From: Gemmatimonadales bacterium
Lineage (GTDB): Bacteria; Gemmatimonadota; Gemmatimonadetes; Gemmatimonadales; GWC2-71-9
Assembly: GCA_037189525.1 (NCBI GenBank)
Contig: JBBCJC010000005.1
Coordinates: forward strand, 800,001 to 864,000
Direction of reading: 5' to 3'
DNA: 64,000 nucleotides
Part shown: one piece after another, positions 59,579 to 64,000 of the stretch
How positions within the stretch are numbered: position 1 is the stretch's first letter
Layout of the letters: every line of letters starts with the position of its first letter
Program-made: the position numbers and the translations under genes
Notes under the pieces: generated by a model
Database searches by the model: none
What the model was told of the DNA's origin: nothing
Seen by the model: the letters and a program-made list of their open reading frames with translations, nothing else

Positions 59579-61267
59579 TCAGTTCGGAATCGAGAGGCGC
59601 TGTCCCGCCTTGAGCGCCGAGGCCGAGGAAAGCTTGTTGGCCGCCATCAGCTGCTGAACCGACACCCCGTACCGCCGTGAGATGGCGGACAGGGTGTCAC
59701 CGCGCCGAACCAGATGACTGGTCGGCGCTTTCCGCTGCGACGCCTGCGCCGTGGTCGTTCCACGACCCGAGTCCGACCCGCTGACCCGAATCCGCTGCCC
59801 GACCCGGAGCACACTGCTCGACTTGAGACCATTGAGCCGCTGCACCTGGGTGAGCGACATCCCGTACCGCCGAGCGATCCCGCCCAGCGTTTCACCGCGG
59901 CGAACCACATGCACCCCGGCGCTGGCCGATTCGGTGCTCCGCAGCCGGGCGATGCCTGGAATCCTGAGGACCGTACCCCTCTTGAGCGTCCCTGTCCCCG
60001 CTTCGGGGTTGTAGCGGGCCACCTCGGCCGCCGTCATCCCGTAGCGGCGCCCCACGGTCCGGAGCGTTTCATTGGCTCGAACCGTGTGCGCGATGGTGGG
60101 CAACCGCTCGGCGCTCGGAAGCGCAGCAAGCGCATCGGCCGCCGCGGCACCGGTGCCGACCGGCACGCGAACCCACCAGGTGGCCGATCCCGGCGGTGTC
60201 ACGGCACGCAGGAAGTGCGGATTGAGTCCGGTAATGACGCTCGCATCGGCTCCGCTGACCTTGGCCACCGCTTCGAGGCTGGTGGGCTCGTTGACGGCCA
60301 CCGAGTCGTAGGCATACGCCTCGACCTTCGGAATCGGCGCGAAGCCGTACTTCTCCGGTTGCTTCGCAATCATGGCCGCCGCGATCAGCTTCGGCACATA
60401 ATCTTTGGTTTCCTGATGCAGGTACTGCGACTCCGACAGGTGGAAGAACCGGTCGTCGCCCGTGGTATCGGCCGCGAGCACGCCTTCGAAGTCCGCCGGG
60501 TTGAAGTAGTCGGCATCGGCGCCCGCGCCCAGCATCCGCAGCCCGCGGGAGACCCGGCCGCCGCCGCCGTTATAGGCCGCGGCCGCCAGATAGTGCGAGC
60601 CCGAGAACCGGCGGGTCAGGTCAGCAAGGTACCGCGTGGCCGACAGGGTGGCCTTCACCGGATCGCGCCGCTCGTCGATCCATCCGTCGACCCGAAGCCC
60701 GTAGTCCTTGGCGGTGGGCCGCATGAACTGCCACATGCCCACCGCGCGCGACCGGCTGACCGCCGTGTTCGAATAGCCCGACTCGATCAGCGCGAGATAG
60801 GTCAGATCGCGCGGCAACGAATGCGCAGCCAGCGCGGTGTGGATCATCGGCTCGTAGACCGGCAGGCGTTCGAGCCAGATGGCCATCCGCTCGCGGGCGC
60901 GGGTCTGGAAGAAATCGAGATAGAACTGCACCCGGGGATGTTCGGCATACCGGGCGACATTGATGTCGAAGAGAGCGCTCAGGCTGACTTCAGTCTCATT
61001 TTCGGCAGCGGACACGTCGTGCAGCTCATCGAGCATCGCCATGTCCTTCTCGTCCTGCACCGAGTCGGCGGCGAGCCTGCGCAGCAGACCGGAGTCTGCC
61101 AACGCGCCCTTGACCCCGAGATCGGGGGCAGGAGCAAGTCCGGGAGCCTGGTCGGCCGGGGCCGCCTCGGGAGACGGACGCAGCACGGGGTTCCCACCAC
61201 CGGGAGCGACGGACGCACATCCGACCACTCCACCAACCAAGCACGTTACAGCGAACAAGCGCTTCAT
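59579..61267 (-). CDS. mltD: MltD-like lytic transglycosylase with three LysM domains, probable lipoprotein
   Basis: VVGC lipobox; LALIESGY..AVS...AVGMWQFM, DERRDP, AAYNGG, ETKDYVPK; LysM repeats HVVRRGETL..IA.RYG. Confidence 0.9.
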   Translation of the reverse strand: MKRLFAVTCLVGGVVGCASVAPGGGNPVLRPSPEAAPADQAPGLAPAPDLGVKGALADSGLLRRLAADSVQDEKDMAMLDELHDVSAAENETEVSLSALFDINVARYAEHPRVQFYLDFFQTRARERMAIWLERLPVYEPMIHTALAAHSLPRDLTYLALIESGYSNTAVSRSRAVGMWQFMRPTAKDYGLRVDGWIDERRDPVKATLSATRYLADLTRRFSGSHYLAAAAYNGGGGRVSRGLRMLGAGADADYFNPADFEGVLAADTTGDDRFFHLSESQYLHQETKDYVPKLIAAAMIAKQPEKYGFAPIPKVEAYAYDSVAVNEPTSLEAVAKVSGADASVITGLNPHFLRAVTPPGSATWWVRVPVGTGAAAADALAALPSAERLPTIAHTVRANETLRTVGRRYGMTAAEVARYNPEAGTGTLKRGTVLRIPGIARLRSTESASAGVHVVRRGETLGGIARRYGMSLTQVQRLNGLKSSSVLRVGQRIRVSGSDSGRGTTTAQASQRKAPTSHLVRRGDTLSAISRRYGVSVQQLMAANKLSSASALKAGQRLSIPN

Positions 61268-61410
61268 ATCACCTCGCCCCACGGTGACTGGAAATCGACC
61301 GTTGATTCAGAGTCCAGGTTGCAAGTTAACCGATCGATCGGACCCGGGCGATCCGATCAAAGGTTCGATGCCCGAACGGGGCAAACCGTTGCACTGTATG
61401 AAATTGGCGC

Positions 61411-61818
61411 TCAATGCCTCACCTCGCTCGAGGAGCCGATCAAGCGATTCGTCGCATTGAGTACGGCAAGGGCCGCGCCGCGCGGAGAATCCTCCTGGAC
61501 CAGGGCCGATCCGACGACCCGCGGACCGTCCATCCGCCCCTGCGTGGCAAGCGACGCGATCACTACCGTGGCGTCGAACGCCCGGACTGCTTTGACCCCG
61601 ACCAGTTCGAACACGGTCTCGGGAAGGGCCCGGGCAATCGCCGCCAGACACGCCTGGGCGGCGCAGCGCATTTCCCCCGCGGGCGACGACAGGCCGGCGG
61701 CTTCTCCGACGAACGGGGTCGTGGTCGGCCACGACAACACGACGCGGGCGCGGCACAAGCCCGTGGCATCCCGGTCGAGGACGAACTCCGAAAACTTGAG
61801 GCGGCCCCGGCTCTCCAC
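61411..61818 (-). CDS. Hypothetical protein
   Basis: RLKFSEF...CRARVVL...GEA.G...RCAAQACL.AI...VGVKAVRAFD...RGAALAVLNATNR; last gene of a tight three-gene run. Confidence 0.75.
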   Translation of the reverse strand: MESRGRLKFSEFVLDRDATGLCRARVVLSWPTTTPFVGEAAGLSSPAGEMRCAAQACLAAIARALPETVFELVGVKAVRAFDATVVIASLATQGRMDGPRVVGSALVQEDSPRGAALAVLNATNRLIGSSSEVRH

Positions 61819-61819
61819 C

Positions 61820-62077
61820 TCAGGGCGCCCCGGCGTCGAGGTTGACCTCGAGCTGCGGTCCGAGTTCATCGAGCGGCACGGCCACGTCGACGGAAAGGTG
61901 CGGGCGCCCCGTATCATCGAGCTCGATGGCAACCACCAGAATGCGACCGTCCTCCAACTCGACTTTGAGCTGGCGCAGGTCGGACCGCATCACGCAGTCA
62001 CCGATGGTTTCGCCTTTGAGCCCCTGGAGCGTCCCGGCAACCCGGCGGAGATCCTGGAGCGGAATCTGCTGCAACAT
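61820..62077 (-). CDS. Hypothetical protein (85 aa)
   Basis: Co-oriented ORF tightly spaced between its neighbours; GC-rich codon usage. Confidence 0.7.
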   Translation of the reverse strand: MLQQIPLQDLRRVAGTLQGLKGETIGDCVMRSDLRQLKVELEDGRILVVAIELDDTGRPHLSVDVAVPLDELGPQLEVNLDAGAP

Positions 62078-62086
62078 GGTATTCGC

Positions 62087-62332
62087 TTATCGCCGCGCCA
62101 GATACTCAGAGAGGACTTCCTGCAGCTCCCGATTTGAGAGCTTCTCAGCCTGAGCGTAGATGGTGGCTTTGGAGGTCGACTCCAACGGAACCGGCGCCCA
62201 GAACCGCTTCGGAAAAGGACCCGAGGACCGGAACGAGAGCACCAGGCCCCATTGCTCCGAGTTGGCCCGTCGTTCCGCAGCCATCGAAATGTTCCAGGTT
62301 TCGTCGCCAAACTCGAGCACGCGCCAGGGCAC
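62087..62332 (-). CDS. Hypothetical protein (81 aa)
   Basis: GGAGG RBS before GTG; MPWRVLEFGDETWNISMAAERR...RFWAP.PLESTSKA. Confidence 0.72.
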   Translation of the reverse strand: MPWRVLEFGDETWNISMAAERRANSEQWGLVLSFRSSGPFPKRFWAPVPLESTSKATIYAQAEKLSNRELQEVLSEYLARR

Positions 62333-62436
62333 GGGACGACCTCCAAGAATAACCCGTGAATAATGAAGCCGGTTCGGTCGAGCGGCAATCCCGCGGTCCG
62401 CTCGGGCTCGGGGCCAGAGCGGACCGGAGAGCGGCG

Positions 62437-63294
62437 CTATTCCCCCCGCACCAGGGCACGATACCGGCGAATGATGTCCTGCGTCACCGGTCCCGGTTTT
62501 CCAGTGCCGATGGTACGACCGTCGTACAGCCGGACCGGAGCCACCTCCGCACCGGTCCCGCAGAGGAAAATTTCATCCGCGGTGTACAGGTCATACCGAT
62601 TGAGCATGGTTTCGCGGGCATCGTATCCGGCGGCAGCGGCGATCTCGAAAATCACCTGTCGCGTCACACCGAGCAGAATGCCGGCATGCGGCGGCGGGGT
62701 CTTGAGCACGCCATCCTTGACGATCCAGACGTTCATCCCCGACCCTTCGCACACATGCCCCGTCGAATCGAGCATGATGGCGTCGTCTGCGCCAGCCACG
62801 TTGGCCTCGTGCTTGGCAAACACGTGCGGGAGATAGTTGAGCGATTTGATCCGCGGCGACAACGCCTCCCGCTGCGGAATCGGCGTGCCGGCGGTGACCA
62901 GCGCCAGACCGTTTTCGTAGCGATCGGCCGGCCACATCTTGATGCCGTCGACGATGATGATCACCGTCGGCGTGGTGCACTTCTTGGGATCGATGCCGAG
63001 ATCGCCGTCGCCGCGGGTGACGATGGGGCGAATGTACGCCTCGGGGATGCCGAGCTTGGCAACGCCCTCCTCGATCAATCGCGCCATCTCTTCGCGCGGC
63101 ATCGGGATGGTCATGGCAATGGCCTGCGCCGAATCATACAGGCGATCGACATGTTCCTTATTGCGAAAGACCTTTCCGTTGTAGGCGCGAATTCCCTCGA
63201 ACACTCCGTCGCCGTACAGCAGACCGTGGTCGAATACGGATACTTTGGCGGCGCTGCGATCGACCCACGCGCCGTTCATCCAGATAATGGCCAT
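62437..63294 (-). CDS. ilvE: Branched-chain amino acid aminotransferase
   Basis: VSVFDHGLLYGDGVFEGIRAY, HVDRL.DSA, KSLNYL, EGSGMN, ILLGVTR, ADEIFLCGTGAEV.PV. Confidence 0.97.
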   Translation of the reverse strand: MAIIWMNGAWVDRSAAKVSVFDHGLLYGDGVFEGIRAYNGKVFRNKEHVDRLYDSAQAIAMTIPMPREEMARLIEEGVAKLGIPEAYIRPIVTRGDGDLGIDPKKCTTPTVIIIVDGIKMWPADRYENGLALVTAGTPIPQREALSPRIKSLNYLPHVFAKHEANVAGADDAIMLDSTGHVCEGSGMNVWIVKDGVLKTPPPHAGILLGVTRQVIFEIAAAAGYDARETMLNRYDLYTADEIFLCGTGAEVAPVRLYDGRTIGTGKPGPVTQDIIRRYRALVRGE

Positions 63295-63365
63295 CAGACC
63301 GTCTCGTCTCGAGTTACCGTTACCAACACTTGGGCGGACCCGGACAACTTAACCCCGCCCGTGAC

Positions 63366-63653
63366 TCACTGCAGCGCAGCCGGCCATTCCCGCGTGAGAT
63401 GCTCGCGCCGAATGATCAAATGGTGCCGGTTGAGCCAGTTGAGCGCGCGATCGCGCGTCGTCATCCCGGTTTCGACCGGATCGAACGGAAATCCGTAATA
63501 CGTGATCCCGTCGAGCTCGTAACACCAGACGGCGTTGCGGAGCGTGTGATCCGCCTCGTCGTCCGGCGGCGCCAGATCATCGGGGGCAATGGCCCGCCAC
63601 TCGATGGATTTATTGCACCAGCGAACCGTGTGCCGACCGACCGTTTTTCCCAC
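63366..63653 (-). CDS. Hypothetical protein (95 aa)
   Basis: AAAGGAG RBS before GTG 63653; sigma54 promoter upstream. Confidence 0.6.
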   Translation of the reverse strand: MGKTVGRHTVRWCNKSIEWRAIAPDDLAPPDDEADHTLRNAVWCYELDGITYYGFPFDPVETGMTTRDRALNWLNRHHLIIRREHLTREWPAALQ

Positions 63654-63756
63654 GACTGCGCTCCTTTCTCGAGCCACGAGCGTTCTACCCGGGCCTCCAG
63701 AATCCCGGCAGCACGCCGGGCGGGCCGGCATTCGATACCGGCCCGTGGCACCTTGG

Positions 63757-63773
63757 AGCAATCACAGTGCCAG
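63757..63773 (-). promoter_or_regulatory. sigma54 (-24/-12) promoter
   Basis: Minus strand CTGGCACTGTGATTGCT matches YTGGCAC-N5-TTGCW. Confidence 0.75.
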
Positions 63774-63840
63774 ATATTCAGACAGTCAAAAAATGCGACA
63801 GTTTTACGAGCGCTCTACGAGAGCGTTTGCCCCCAACTGA

Positions 63841-63999
63841 CTAAATCTTCCACCCCAGCACATTGAAGGTCGAAAGCGACCAGAAGAAGAGAATTGCGAG
63901 CACGACCACCGCGCTGTGCCGCACCCTGGCCATCGTCGTGCCGGCCCCAGCGCGCCACTGTCCGATGGCCACCCAGGCCGCCAGGAGGGTGAGGATCGC
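63841..63999 (-). CDS. C-terminal TM end of a membrane protein, possibly a serine hydrolase/beta-lactamase-family tail; partial
   Basis: Manual translation AILTLLAAWVAIGQWR...RVRHSAVVVLAILFFWSLSTFNVLGWKI*; enters from beyond the window. Confidence 0.55.
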   Translation of the reverse strand, partial: AILTLLAAWVAIGQWRAGAGTTMARVRHSAVVVLAILFFWSLSTFNVLGWKI

Positions 64000-64000
64000 C

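Noticed and set aside
61285..61410. c-di-GMP or c-di-AMP riboswitch upstream of mltD (GGGCAAACC, hairpin GATCGGA...TCCGATC)
   Set aside because: The motif is on the wrong strand for mltD and the rest of the consensus is missing.

Overview
High-GC bacterial chromosomal segment. Gene content suggests Gemmatimonadota (inference from PadR/ADOP, plug-only TonB-like proteins and SusD-like remnants). It is mostly core housekeeping: typA, pdxA, two SurA-type PPIases, mfd, lepA, waaF, ftsEX-envC, pckA, uvrA, holB, moaC, an mltD-like gene, ilvE, tRNA-Ile(GAU) and tRNA-Asn(GUU). There are two accessory patches. The first (1-6.1 kb, downstream of tRNA-Ile) holds the 5' end of a cyclic beta-1,2-glucan synthase, PadR plus ADOP permease, and VapBC. 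The second (about 40-45 kb) is a mosaic of secreted proteins and gene remnants. No integrase, transposase, CRISPR array or rRNA gene was recognised. Best leads: (1) an autoregulated MarR with a four-Cys tail spaced like a HiPIP Fe-S site, controlling a decayed thioredoxin-like gene and a secreted WHxHW protein, with pseudogene fragments on both sides; (2) a STAS-like/HATPase kinase plus STAS-wHTH pair inside the lepA...ftsEX-envC operon; (3) a 69-aa, about 59% acidic protein between typA and tRNA-Ile; (4) sigma54 promoters in front of two small unknown proteins; (5) repeated leaderless-gene architecture. All family assignments come from reading motifs by eye, not from database searches.
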